Positions 21,148 to 30,334 of a stretch of DNA of 64,000 nt are shown in pieces. A model generated the notes under the pieces. That model did not search any database. It worked only from the letters and a program-made list of their open reading frames with translations, and had not been told where the DNA came from. Numbering within the stretch: the first letter of the stretch is position 1; the number at the start of each line of letters is the position of its first letter. The position numbers and the translations under genes are program-made. Source of the stretch: an uncultured delta proteobacterium (GTDB taxonomy: Bacteria; Desulfobacterota; RBG-13-43-22). The DNA lies in contig CAVUPH010000006.1 of assembly GCA_963743305.1 (NCBI GenBank), positions 1 through 64,000 on the forward strand. Reading direction: 5' to 3'.

Positions 21148-21545
21148 GTTCGCCCTTATGGGTGGGTGGCCACACTATATGGTGGATTAGTCTGAAATCG
21201 GATCTTCGTGGCCGTGGGGTCTCGGCGAAAGGGTTTTCCATATTGCTTTTCAGGTTCTAACCCGGCCCTCTTATTTTTAAATTTTTCAGAAGGCAGGGCC
21301 AGCAGAGATGCGATCAAAATACTTGGAGTATGGGCCTGCTTTAAATAAAATTAGTAATTTAAGCCCGGATTCGAAGTCCGGAGTACCTTGGAAAACCCTT
21401 TCGCCGAGACCCCACGGCCATACTAAGTCTGGCGGGTACCCACCCCAAAGGGCGAAGGGTCACTTTTATTACAGTTCGCCCTTTGGGGTGGATACCCCTC
21501 TACCGGGGATAGACGCCGCGTCTCGGCGTAAGGGTTTTCCAAAGG
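21148..21545. repeat. Cluster of three alternating bipartite palindromic repeat units (REP/BIME-like)
   Basis: Perfect 32-bp inverted repeat 21209-21240 vs 21389-21420; third degenerate copy at about 21514-21541; 22/23-bp stem 21434-21456 vs 21475-21497. Confidence 0.85.
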
Positions 21546-21810
21546 TTGGAACTGTACGCCGTTTCCCCGGGGGGGTCAAGGAAGAAGGGAATCATTCCCT
21601 CTAGGTCCACCGGCCTGATAGCGATGGAGGTTTTGTCGGCCTGGGCCCTAAAAGTTGTGTAACCATTGTAAATTAAACATCTTTTTTGCTTCCTCGTCAT
21701 CCTCAAAAAAAATTAAGGATTTACATTTATTTTTTTTTCGATTATTCCGATAATGGTTAGGGATACATATTATTTTTCATCTTCTCTCCCTTCCTGTCAG
21801 ATAATAAAAA

Positions 21811-23418
21811 GTGAAAACCAAACTTTCCCTTCCCGCAGCCCTTCAGGCTATCTGGGGGGGGAAAACCGATAGAAATGGGCGCTATATGACCAACACCGCG
21901 GAAACCACAAGGGAGGATTCCCCCTCCCGGCGATTGGGGAGCGATCCGCTCACCTGGCAGGCATTGATCGAATGGTCCCGGCCTCTTCCCTATTCGCAAT
22001 ATGAGGTGATTATGACCGAGGGGAGCCAGGCCTTTAACCTCTATTATGTCGAGTCTGGGACCGTGGAAGTAACTTACGGTGGTTTGGAAAAGGCCATCAT
22101 CGTGGCCTTTATCAAAACCGGCGAACTTTTCGGGGAAATCGGTTTCTTCGACCACCAATCTCGGGTCCGCACCTTGAGAGCCACCGAAGACTCGGTCATC
22201 CGGACCTGGGATCAGGAATCCATGGAAAGGATGAAAAACCGGGAGCCGGTCCTCTACGGCGCCTTTGTCACCCTGCTGGCCCGATCAATCTGCGCTAAAT
22301 TCCGACGGGTCCTCGAGGAGCGGGAACCCCTGGTGGCCTACTCCGCGGCCCTTTCCACCGGCCGTCGGTCTTTTCAGGAATCCGAGGCCTTGACGGCTCG
22401 ATCCTTTCAAAGCCCCTTTTGGCCGAAGGTTAACCAGTTGGTGGAAACCTTTAAAGCCGACTTATTTGACCTGTCCATTCGGCTCCAAAAGGTCCCGGAG
22501 GGATCACCCCCGGAGCCTTTCCAGGAACGCTGTCAGATCATCCTGGACCACTTCAACACGGAATTGGAGGATCTTCGCCGTTCGATTGAGGGCCACGACC
22601 TGGAGGGCCCTTTTTGGGGATATGTCTTTAAAGAGATTTTTCCCTACTTTATGCGCAGTCGCTTCGCGGAGCGGGCCTACTATAAACCGAAGGGCTACGC
22701 CGGCGATTTTCAGATGATGGAAATGATTTACGCCAACCGGCCCCAAGGAGACGGACGACTGGGGGGACTGGTGGACCAATGGTGCCTGAACACCTCGGCC
22801 GCCCGGGCGGTGCGCGGCCGGCGGAGCCTGCTCAAAAAACTTTTGGAACAGGAGGCCGCCCGCCTGGCTTCCCGGCGGGAGAGCATGCGCATCCTCAATC
22901 TGGCCTGCGGGTCCTGCCGGGAACTATTTGACTTCCTGGGTGAAAGAACGGACCCGGCTCCCGTCGAGGCCATCTGCCTGGATGCGGACCCCGAGGCGCT
23001 GGAATTTACCCATCAAAAGGTCAATGTCTTTTCCCACCAGGCCGTCATTCGTTTTATGCAGGCCGATGTGCTCCGCTGGATCATCGGCCGGGAAAAGCAT
23101 CCCTTTGGCCCCCTGGACTTTATCTACTCGGCCGGCCTGACCGACTACCTGGAGGATCACCTCTTCCAGGCCCTGGCCCGCCGAGCCTCTGAATACCTCA
23201 AGCCGGGCGGGGTGTTTGTGGCCGGAAATTTCGGACCCGGAAACCCCAATCGGGCCTTCATGGATCATCTGTTGCAATGGAAGCTGATTCACCGCGATCC
23301 GGAGAAGCTCCGCACCCTTCTGGCCGACACGCCTTTCGGCGCCGAGGTGGAAGTTTATTCCGAACCGGAAGGGGTCAATCTTTTCCTGATCGCCCGTAAA
23401 ACGGCCGCGCCACTTTAG
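21811..23418 (+). CDS. Cyclic-nucleotide-binding domain fused to a PhcB-like class I SAM methyltransferase (start possibly 21886)
   Basis: LYYVESGTVEV..GELFGEIGF..RVRTLRA (cNMP); YKPKGYAGDFQMMEMIY, LNLACGS, YSAGLTDYL and WKLIHR motifs. Confidence 0.8.
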   Translation: MKTKLSLPAALQAIWGGKTDRNGRYMTNTAETTREDSPSRRLGSDPLTWQALIEWSRPLPYSQYEVIMTEGSQAFNLYYVESGTVEVTYGGLEKAIIVAFIKTGELFGEIGFFDHQSRVRTLRATEDSVIRTWDQESMERMKNREPVLYGAFVTLLARSICAKFRRVLEEREPLVAYSAALSTGRRSFQESEALTARSFQSPFWPKVNQLVETFKADLFDLSIRLQKVPEGSPPEPFQERCQIILDHFNTELEDLRRSIEGHDLEGPFWGYVFKEIFPYFMRSRFAERAYYKPKGYAGDFQMMEMIYANRPQGDGRLGGLVDQWCLNTSAARAVRGRRSLLKKLLEQEAARLASRRESMRILNLACGSCRELFDFLGERTDPAPVEAICLDADPEALEFTHQKVNVFSHQAVIRFMQADVLRWIIGREKHPFGPLDFIYSAGLTDYLEDHLFQALARRASEYLKPGGVFVAGNFGPGNPNRAFMDHLLQWKLIHRDPEKLRTLLADTPFGAEVEVYSEPEGVNLFLIARKTAAPL

Positions 23419-23433
23419 CCTGAGGAGAAACCC

Positions 23434-24800
23434 ATCGTACTCAGCAAATCTTTTTTCGAAGATTGGAAGACCGCCGAAACGAATCCGGAACAGGTTTCGC
23501 GTTTTTATCAAGACCTGACTCCCCTCCTTCGTCATCGGGTGGATGTCATCCTCTTGCTGGGAGTCTTTCTGGTGCCTCTTTTCGCCCTGCTGGATTATTT
23601 CCTCTACCCGGCCCAATGGAGGACTTTCCTGGTCTATCGGATGATTGCCTCCGGCGGCTGCCTGATCTTTGGGCCGTTAACCGTTCCCGGGAATGGGGGG
23701 ACCAGAGTTTTTACCTGGGATTGACGGCCTTCTACCTGGTCGGAGGGATCATCATCATGATGATCCTGGACCTGGACAGCTTATCCACCCCCTATTATGC
23801 CGGGTTGAACCTGGTGTTCATAGGTTTTTGCCTCCTCCTCCCGGTCCGGGCCAGTCGCACCTTTCTGCACACCCTGGTGCTCTACGTGATCTATTTGACC
23901 TTGACGCTGACTATCAACTGGCCCCATTACGACTTTGTTTTCCTGGCCAACAACCTTTTCGTCGTCGCGACCCTGGTCATCGCCTACGTGGGCGCCCATA
24001 CCAATATGCGCCTCCGCTGGAAAGAGTATCTGCTGCGGGTGGACCTGGAAGGGGTGCAGGCCATGTTGCGGGAGCACTCCAGTTCCCTGGAAGTCCTGGT
24101 GGATAAGAAACAGCAGGCCCTGGTCCGAAAGGTCAAACAGTTGGAGGAACAGCAGGAGGTTCAGTTGAAGACCCAGCAGGCGACGATATTCGGACTGGCC
24201 AAACTGGCCGACTCCAGGGATAAATACACCGGCGAGCATCTGGACCGGATCCGCACCCTCTGCCGGGAAATCGCCCTGGAACTGGGACGGGACCAGAAAT
24301 ACCAGGGCCGGATTGACGCCGGCTTTGTGGACAACCTGACCGACTCCTGCAGCCTGCACGACCTGGGCAAAGTGGCGATTCCGGACGCCATCCTCCTCAA
24401 ACCGGGCCCGCTCACGGCCGAGGAATACGAGGCCATCAAACGCCACACCTCCATCGGGGGAGAGGCGCTGCGCGATATGGATGAAAAGCTGGGGCAGGCC
24501 AGCTTCATCGCCATGGGCCGGGAAATCGCCCTCTTCCATCATGAACGCTACGACGGCGGCGGCTACCCCCATGGCTTAAAGGGGGAGGAAATTCCCTTAT
24601 CGGCCCTCATCGTGGCGGTAGCCGACACCTACGACGCCCTGACCTCGGACCGCTGCTACCAGCCCGAACGCCCTCATGCCGAAGCGGTGGAAATCATCGC
24701 CCGGGAACGAGGCGCCCAGTTCCATCCGGATGTGGTGGACGCCTTCCTGCGTATCCAGGACCGGTTGAAAGAGCGGATCCGACGCGCAATGAAAAAATAA
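23434..24800 (+). CDS. Membrane-anchored HD-GYP c-di-GMP phosphodiesterase with multi-TM sensor (frameshift near 23670)
   Basis: TM region with PLFALLDY and PYYAGLNLV; coiled coil; TGEH, HDLGK, HHERYDGGGYP, ADTYDAL; SD GAGGAG before ATC at 23434. Confidence 0.85.
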
Positions 24801-24850
24801 ACCGGTCATCCGGAAAAGATTTTTCCCGTTTTTTTTGGGTTGGGGTTTCC

Positions 24851-25459
24851 TTACCGACCCCGGGGGCGGGCGAACAAGGCCGTCCAGTAGGTCCGGCATT
24901 CGCCGCCCCGAACCAGGCCGACGCCGACTTCCGTATAGGCCGGATCCAGTAGATTTTCCCGGTGAACGGAACTGTCCATCCAGGTGAGCAGCATCTCCTC
25001 CGCGGTATCCTGACCGCAGCCGATATTCTCCCCATAGGCCCTCCAGGCAAATCCCGCCCTTGCCAATCGCTCCTTTGGACCCCGTCCGTCCGGGCTGTCG
25101 TGGGAGAAGAAATTTCTCGCGCTCATGTCGCGGCTGTGGGCCCGAGCCACTTCCCCCAGAAGTCGGGAAGGCTTTAAGGGCCGCAATCCCATTTTGGTTC
25201 TGGTCTGATTTATCAATGAAATAAGTCGGCCTTCCGGGTCGGAATGCTCTACTGGACCCGGGGAGTTCCCCTTCGCCGCCAGGAGATCGGGTGATCCGCC
25301 TTTCGCAAAAGCGGGAGGGGCGAGAATCAGGGTAAGCAATAGGAAGGAAAAGAGCGAAACAGGATTAGGGGAGAAAAACATGGTTTCGACAAACCGGGTA
25401 TTAACCGTAATGAAACCCTCCTTAACGGGCATCGTCTCATCACGCTCAGTCATCATCAA
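24851..25459 (-). CDS. CAP/SCP domain secreted protein
   Basis: INQTR..ARAHSRDM..FFSH..GENI..WMDSSVHRENLL. Confidence 0.9.
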   Translation of the reverse strand: MMMTERDETMPVKEGFITVNTRFVETMFFSPNPVSLFSFLLLTLILAPPAFAKGGSPDLLAAKGNSPGPVEHSDPEGRLISLINQTRTKMGLRPLKPSRLLGEVARAHSRDMSARNFFSHDSPDGRGPKERLARAGFAWRAYGENIGCGQDTAEEMLLTWMDSSVHRENLLDPAYTEVGVGLVRGGECRTYWTALFARPRGR

Positions 25460-25560
25460 GTCCGTTTAACCTGGCCGGTCAATGCTGCTCCCGGCTGAAG
25501 TCCGTTCATCCTGATGCCTTTTTGTTTCCTTCCTGGCATTTGAAAAAGGGGGCGATGCCA

Positions 25561-26511
25561 TCAGTTTAAATCCGATTGTCTAAAGGCGATATAATCTTCG
25601 GCCACTCGTTTGGGCTCCTCCATCATGGGAACGTGTCCGACTCCCTTCAGGATCGATACGGAAGATTTCGGCAATAAGTTATCCAGGATATCGGCGCCGG
25701 AGTGATGGAGTATTCGGTCTTGAATCCCCCAGACGATATGGGTTGGCATGGTTATTTCCTCGGCGATGTCCTCCAGAACGAAGGCTTCGTCATGAATCTC
25801 TTGATAGATCTCATTATGCAATTCATAATCGAGTATAGCGCGTTCGATCAGGAGTTCTTTGACCGGCCGGGGCAGGGAAGGAGGTTTCTCCATAACAAAA
25901 GTAAGCAGTTGATCGAACACCTTCAGGGTCCGGCCGGAAATCGGGATCCTGGTTCCCTGGTTTATAAGTTGTTGCATCTCGCTCGGTTGTGAGGAGTACA
26001 CCCCGGCCGGAGCCAGCAGCCAGAGGCTCTTTACTTCGGAAGGGTTTTTGGCGGCGTAAATGGCTGAAATTTTACCGCCAAGCGAATGGCCTCCGAGATG
26101 CAAAGATTTAAGGCCCAAGGCACGAGCAAAGGCCTTTACGTTCTCCACTTGGACCAGCGCGGCGTAAGAACGTCCTGCCGGTTTATCGCTCTCACCAAAG
26201 CCGGGCAGGTCTGGGGCGATCACCCGGTAGTGTCTTGTTAAATATTTCGACACCTCTATCCAGTTGTCCTTATCTTCACCGCTGCCGTGAATCAGTAGTA
26301 AGGGATCGCCGAAGCCGCCTTCAAGGTAGGCGACACGGAATCCCGGAATCTCTATCGCTTTGGCCTTGAGGCCTGCCCGGGTGCGCTGGAATTGAATGAT
26401 AGTCTCTGCAACCATTTTTTTTGGCGCGAAATTCATCCAAATCAGAAACCCAATGATGACCGTCGCCATCAGAGCAGCGCTAAAAACCAGAATTTTTTTT
26501 AGTAGAGGCAT
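25561..26511 (-). CDS. Alpha/beta-fold lipase/esterase with N-terminal anchor
   Basis: LIHG, PDLPGFGES, GHSLGG nucleophile elbow, WGIQD, GHVP; the longer track ORF merely runs through the tRNA. Confidence 0.9.
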   Translation of the reverse strand: MPLLKKILVFSAALMATVIIGFLIWMNFAPKKMVAETIIQFQRTRAGLKAKAIEIPGFRVAYLEGGFGDPLLLIHGSGEDKDNWIEVSKYLTRHYRVIAPDLPGFGESDKPAGRSYAALVQVENVKAFARALGLKSLHLGGHSLGGKISAIYAAKNPSEVKSLWLLAPAGVYSSQPSEMQQLINQGTRIPISGRTLKVFDQLLTFVMEKPPSLPRPVKELLIERAILDYELHNEIYQEIHDEAFVLEDIAEEITMPTHIVWGIQDRILHHSGADILDNLLPKSSVSILKGVGHVPMMEEPKRVAEDYIAFRQSDLN

Positions 26512-26760
26512 CCTAATGGATAAACAAGGATTAGTAGTCCAAATTTTCAACAAAGTAATCTTTTGGCCACAGGGTACCTTCAACGGTCTGAAAGGTTTTG
26601 GCGATGATCCAGGTCGGGACGGCTCGTCCGGGGGATTCGATGGGACGTCAGAATTCGTCGGATTGACCGCGGCAGAAAGAGACTTCCGCAGGTAAAAAAA
26701 ATGCACTCGTTTCAAAGGCCATATCCAGTCCTCCGCCTTTAAATCCTGCCGATAAAAAAC

Positions 26761-26857
26761 TGGCGGAAGTGCATGGGAATCGAACCCACCTGCCGCCCTC
26801 TCAGACGGCACACCGGATTTGAAGTCCGGGAGCCCCACCAGTGAGCTTTCCACTTCC
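26761..26857 (-). tRNA. selC: tRNA-Sec (UCA)
   Basis: GGAAGTGG...CCGGA CTTCAAA TCCGG (anticodon TCA), long variable arm TGCCGTCTGAGAGGGCGGCA, GGTTCGATTCC, ..CACTTCCGCCA; 97 nt. Confidence 0.97.
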
Positions 26858-27042
26858 GTAGAAAGGGATTATAAACTTCCGGACCGGTCAAGTCAAGCAA
26901 ACTGGCTGTCAAGATCAGGATCTTCCTGTCTGTTTTTGCTGTTATTTTTCTCAGGAAAATGTATTAAGATAAAGGATAGTGGATCCGCTTCGGTTAATCC
27001 ACCCTACGTTTTCAATTTCCTGGAGAGGGTTGGGACTGATTT

Positions 27043-27237
27043 TTGAAAACTACCGATGATTATGATGCAAAAATAAGGTATTGGGCTCTGCATCCAAGGG
27101 TTATCAAAATGCCAAAACCGACAGCCTGGCCGCCGTTCAGTGCAAAAAAATTCAACTCCTACCAGGAGATGAATGAATGGAAACGGCAGTACCTTTTGGA
27201 AATTGCCCGGATGGGTGGCCTTACGTGGACGAACTGA
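27043..27237 (+). CDS. Small hypothetical protein, probable partner of the downstream nucleotidyltransferase
   Basis: 64 aa; KKFNSYQEMNEW; overlaps the next start. Confidence 0.55.
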   Translation: MKTTDDYDAKIRYWALHPRVIKMPKPTAWPPFSAKKFNSYQEMNEWKRQYLLEIARMGGLTWTN

Positions 27238-27353
27238 TCCGCCTGTTTAACCAACACCAGATCCGTTACCTGCTTATCGGTGGGCAGGCGGTACGTCTGG
27301 AGGGAATGCCTCGGTTTTCCATGGAAAACAAAAAAGAAGTCGGTCGTTCTTGA
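27225..27353 (+). pseudogene. Truncated nucleotidyltransferase (DUF6036/AbiEii-like N-terminus)
   Basis: MDELIRLFNQHQIRYLLIGGQAVRLEGMPRFSM, then a premature end. Confidence 0.6.
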
Positions 27354-27430
27354 CCAAGTACCGCCTCCCAGAATCTAACCAAAAATTTTTTATTTAAGGA
27401 TGACCGGTTTTCCCCCGGGTCAATGTTCCC

Positions 27431-28423
27431 ATGTTCATAGGCAAACACCCCATCGATCATCCCTATATCCTGGCCCCCCTGGCCGGCTATACGGACCTGC
27501 CTTTTCGGCTGTTGGCCCGGCGCTTGGGCTGCGGGCTGGCTTATACAGAGATGATCAGCGCCGAAGGACTTTTTCGACAAAAGTCCCTGACCCTGGAACT
27601 GCTCGAAAGAGACCCGGCGGATCGTCCTTTGACCGTCCAGCTCTTTGGCGGACGTCCCGAGTCCTTGGCCCGGGCGGCCGCCTTCCTGGAGGACTGGGGG
27701 GCGGATATCATCGACCTCAACCTGGGCTGTCCGGTAAAAAAAGTGATTAAGACCGGGGCGGGCTCGGCCCTGCTGAAGGACCCTTCCCGGGCGCAAGCTA
27801 TTTTCAAGGCCGTCCGGCAAGCCACTACCCTCCCCCTAACCGTCAAGCTCCGACCGGGTTGGCGCCCGGAAGCACCGACCGGAATGCTGGTGGCCCAAAT
27901 GGCCGAGGATTGCGGTTTTGCCGCCGTGGCCCTGCACCCCCGCTGGGCGGTGCAGGGTTTCACCGGACAAGCCGACTGGGCGCTGGTGGGCGAATTTAAA
28001 AAAAGGCTCACCATTCCGGTGATCGGCAACGGGGATATCCTAAACGCCGCTCAGGCCCTGACCTTCATTAAGGAGACCGGCTGCGACGGGGTCATGATCG
28101 GTCGCCAGGCCCTCCGGACCCCCTGGATCTTCAGGCAGATCGAGGCTCTGGAGGCGGGTCTTCCGGTGGTCGACCCCGACCTCAAAGCCCGTAGAGATCT
28201 GGTCGACGAATACCGCCGCTGGATCCTGGACCATTATCAGGGAAACGCGCAGATCAAGGCCTTGAGACGCGCCTTGTTCGTGCTCACCCGGGGGCTTCCG
28301 GGAAGCGGCCAATTTCGGCAACAGGTGGGTTTGGCCCGGACACAGGAAATATTGCAGGAACTTTTTAACCTGTACTTCGTCGGTTTAGAAGGGAGCGTCC
28401 CCTTTGAAAGTTCGCTTAGCTAA
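27431..28423 (+). CDS. dusB: tRNA-dihydrouridine synthase B
   Basis: LAPLAGYTDLPFR, DLNLGCP, TVKLR, GNGDI and GVMIGR motifs. Confidence 0.93.
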   Translation: MFIGKHPIDHPYILAPLAGYTDLPFRLLARRLGCGLAYTEMISAEGLFRQKSLTLELLERDPADRPLTVQLFGGRPESLARAAAFLEDWGADIIDLNLGCPVKKVIKTGAGSALLKDPSRAQAIFKAVRQATTLPLTVKLRPGWRPEAPTGMLVAQMAEDCGFAAVALHPRWAVQGFTGQADWALVGEFKKRLTIPVIGNGDILNAAQALTFIKETGCDGVMIGRQALRTPWIFRQIEALEAGLPVVDPDLKARRDLVDEYRRWILDHYQGNAQIKALRRALFVLTRGLPGSGQFRQQVGLARTQEILQELFNLYFVGLEGSVPFESSLS

Positions 28424-30128
28424 AACCGCCGGGTTCTGCATGGGGGTGCGACGGGCCATGGAAATCGTCCTGGAGGCCGCCCGCCGCCATCAGGACCCTA
28501 TTTACACCCACGGCCCCCTGATCCACAATCCCCAAGTCCTGCGCATGCTGGAGAAAAAAGGGATTACCGTTCTGGGCGACCCTTCCGTACATAAACCGGG
28601 GACGGTGGTCATCCGGGCCCACGGCGTTCCGCCCCGGGAATTTGAGAAACTCGAACAGGCCGGCTTCCAGGTCATCGACGCCACCTGCCCTCGGGTCATC
28701 AAAGTTCAGGCCATTATCAAACGCTACGCCGATGAGGGCTACACCCCGATAATCGTCGGGGATCAGGATCATCCCGAAGTCATCGGGCTTCTGGGTTACT
28801 CTGAAGATAAAGGGATCGTCATTTCTGATCTCCGGCAACTGGAGCAACTGCCTCCTTTGGACCGGGTGATCGTCGTAGCCCAGACCACCCAGGACGAAAC
28901 CCTCTTTCAGCAGGTGGTTGAGGTCTTAGCCCGCCGCTATCCCGATTTGAAGGTCTTCAATACTATCTGTAACGCCACCCATGAGCGCCAGCAGGAGGTC
29001 CGGCAGTTGGCCCGGGAGGTGGACGGCCTGGTGGTCGTTGGAGGGTTTAACAGCGGGAATACCCGGCGTCTGGTAGGAATCGCCCGCTCGGTCGGCACCC
29101 CCTGCGACCAAGTGGAATCGGAACAGCAAGTGGACCGCGAAAGATTAAGCCGGATGAAAACCATCGGGGTCACGGCCGGGGCTTCGACACCCAATTGGAT
29201 GATCCGAAAAGTAGTCCAGGAAGTGGAATCCATCCGCAGCCAAAGCGTTTCCCCCTTACGGGCCATCCTTTTCAACCTGGTCCGGATCCTTTTAAAGGGC
29301 AACCTGCTGGTGGCCCTGGGAGCCGCCGGCTTAAGCCTGGCCTCTTCCCGGCTCCGGCAGATGCCCTTGAGCGGCCTCTATTTTATCATCACCTTTCTCC
29401 ATATCTATGCCCTGCACATCTTAAATCACCTCCTGGATACCGAAGCGGCCGAATACAACGATCCGGATCGCTCCCTCCTCTACCAGCGGCATCGAGGACT
29501 TTTCATGACCACCGGTGTCGGCGCGGCCGTCCTCTCGCTGTTTTTTACCTGGCGTCTGGGCTGGCTCCCTTTTACCCTCCTTTCGGCCATGACCATTTTG
29601 GGAATCCTGTATAGTTTTCGCATCGTCCCTACCCGGGGGCATTTTTCCGGATTGAAAAAAATCAAGGACATCCCCGCCTCCAAATCCCTTTCCGTGGCTT
29701 TAGGCTGGGGCGGGGTCACCACCCTGATCCCGGTCCTGGCCGAAAAAACCTGGACCGATCCGAATATCTTCTTTATTTTGTTTATCATTTGCAGCTTGGT
29801 TTATGTTCGCTCCGGCCTCTTTGATATCCTCGATATCCAGGGGGATTTAATTGTGGGCAAGGAAACCCTGCCGATCCTGATCGGAGAGAAAAAAACCTTA
29901 AAATTGCTGGAAGGGTTGGGCGCCGTCACCTTATCCCTAATGGTTCTGCTCACCTTGATGGGACGGATCCCCGGTTTCGGGCTTTGGCTCCTCCTGCCCG
30001 CGGCCTACCTCTTTTTATTCCTGATTCTTTTTGAGAAAAAATACGCCTTACCCGGAGGGATTTATTTTGAGGCCCTGGTGGAATTCACTTTTATTCTCTC
30101 CGGGCTACTGGCCTTGGTGGCACCCTGA
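28404..30128 (+). CDS. ispH: IspH (HMBPP reductase) fused to a UbiA-like membrane domain
   Basis: GFCMGV, DATCP, TICNAT, SGNT, AGASTP; C-terminal multi-TM with NHLLD..NDP and DILDIQGD. Confidence 0.93.
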   Translation: MKVRLAKTAGFCMGVRRAMEIVLEAARRHQDPIYTHGPLIHNPQVLRMLEKKGITVLGDPSVHKPGTVVIRAHGVPPREFEKLEQAGFQVIDATCPRVIKVQAIIKRYADEGYTPIIVGDQDHPEVIGLLGYSEDKGIVISDLRQLEQLPPLDRVIVVAQTTQDETLFQQVVEVLARRYPDLKVFNTICNATHERQQEVRQLAREVDGLVVVGGFNSGNTRRLVGIARSVGTPCDQVESEQQVDRERLSRMKTIGVTAGASTPNWMIRKVVQEVESIRSQSVSPLRAILFNLVRILLKGNLLVALGAAGLSLASSRLRQMPLSGLYFIITFLHIYALHILNHLLDTEAAEYNDPDRSLLYQRHRGLFMTTGVGAAVLSLFFTWRLGWLPFTLLSAMTILGILYSFRIVPTRGHFSGLKKIKDIPASKSLSVALGWGGVTTLIPVLAEKTWTDPNIFFILFIICSLVYVRSGLFDILDIQGDLIVGKETLPILIGEKKTLKLLEGLGAVTLSLMVLLTLMGRIPGFGLWLLLPAAYLFLFLILFEKKYALPGGIYFEALVEFTFILSGLLALVAP

Positions 30129-30136
30129 AGGGTGAC

Positions 30137-30298
30137 AATTCGAATTTCGAAACTCGAAACAAACGGCAATGTCCAAAGCCCAAATGACCGAAACGATTTC
30201 TTCTCCCCATCCGGGATGGGGTAAACCTTACCTCCTCTCCTTCGGGGGGATTGTTGCGCTTCCGGGGCAGATGGTTTTGAATTTCGAATTTTGAATCT
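30137..30298. repeat. Intergenic TTCGAA-rich degenerate heptamer/inverted repeat element
   Basis: aattcgaatttcgaaactcgaaac...aatgtccaaagcccaaatgacc, and the inverse tttgaatttcgaattttgaat. Confidence 0.5.
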
Positions 30299-30334
30299 GG
30301 CTTACCCCCCAAACCCAGCCTGACGATACTCCTT

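Noticed and set aside
21148-21545. CRISPR array
   Set aside because: The repeats alternate in orientation with irregular spacing, and no cas genes are present
26512-26853. N-terminal extension of the 430-aa hydrolase ORF
   Set aside because: It runs through tRNA-Sec; the real start is at 26511, before the hydrophobic anchor
24851-26857. Genomic island integrated at selC
   Set aside because: No integrase and no duplicated tRNA 3' end seen in the window
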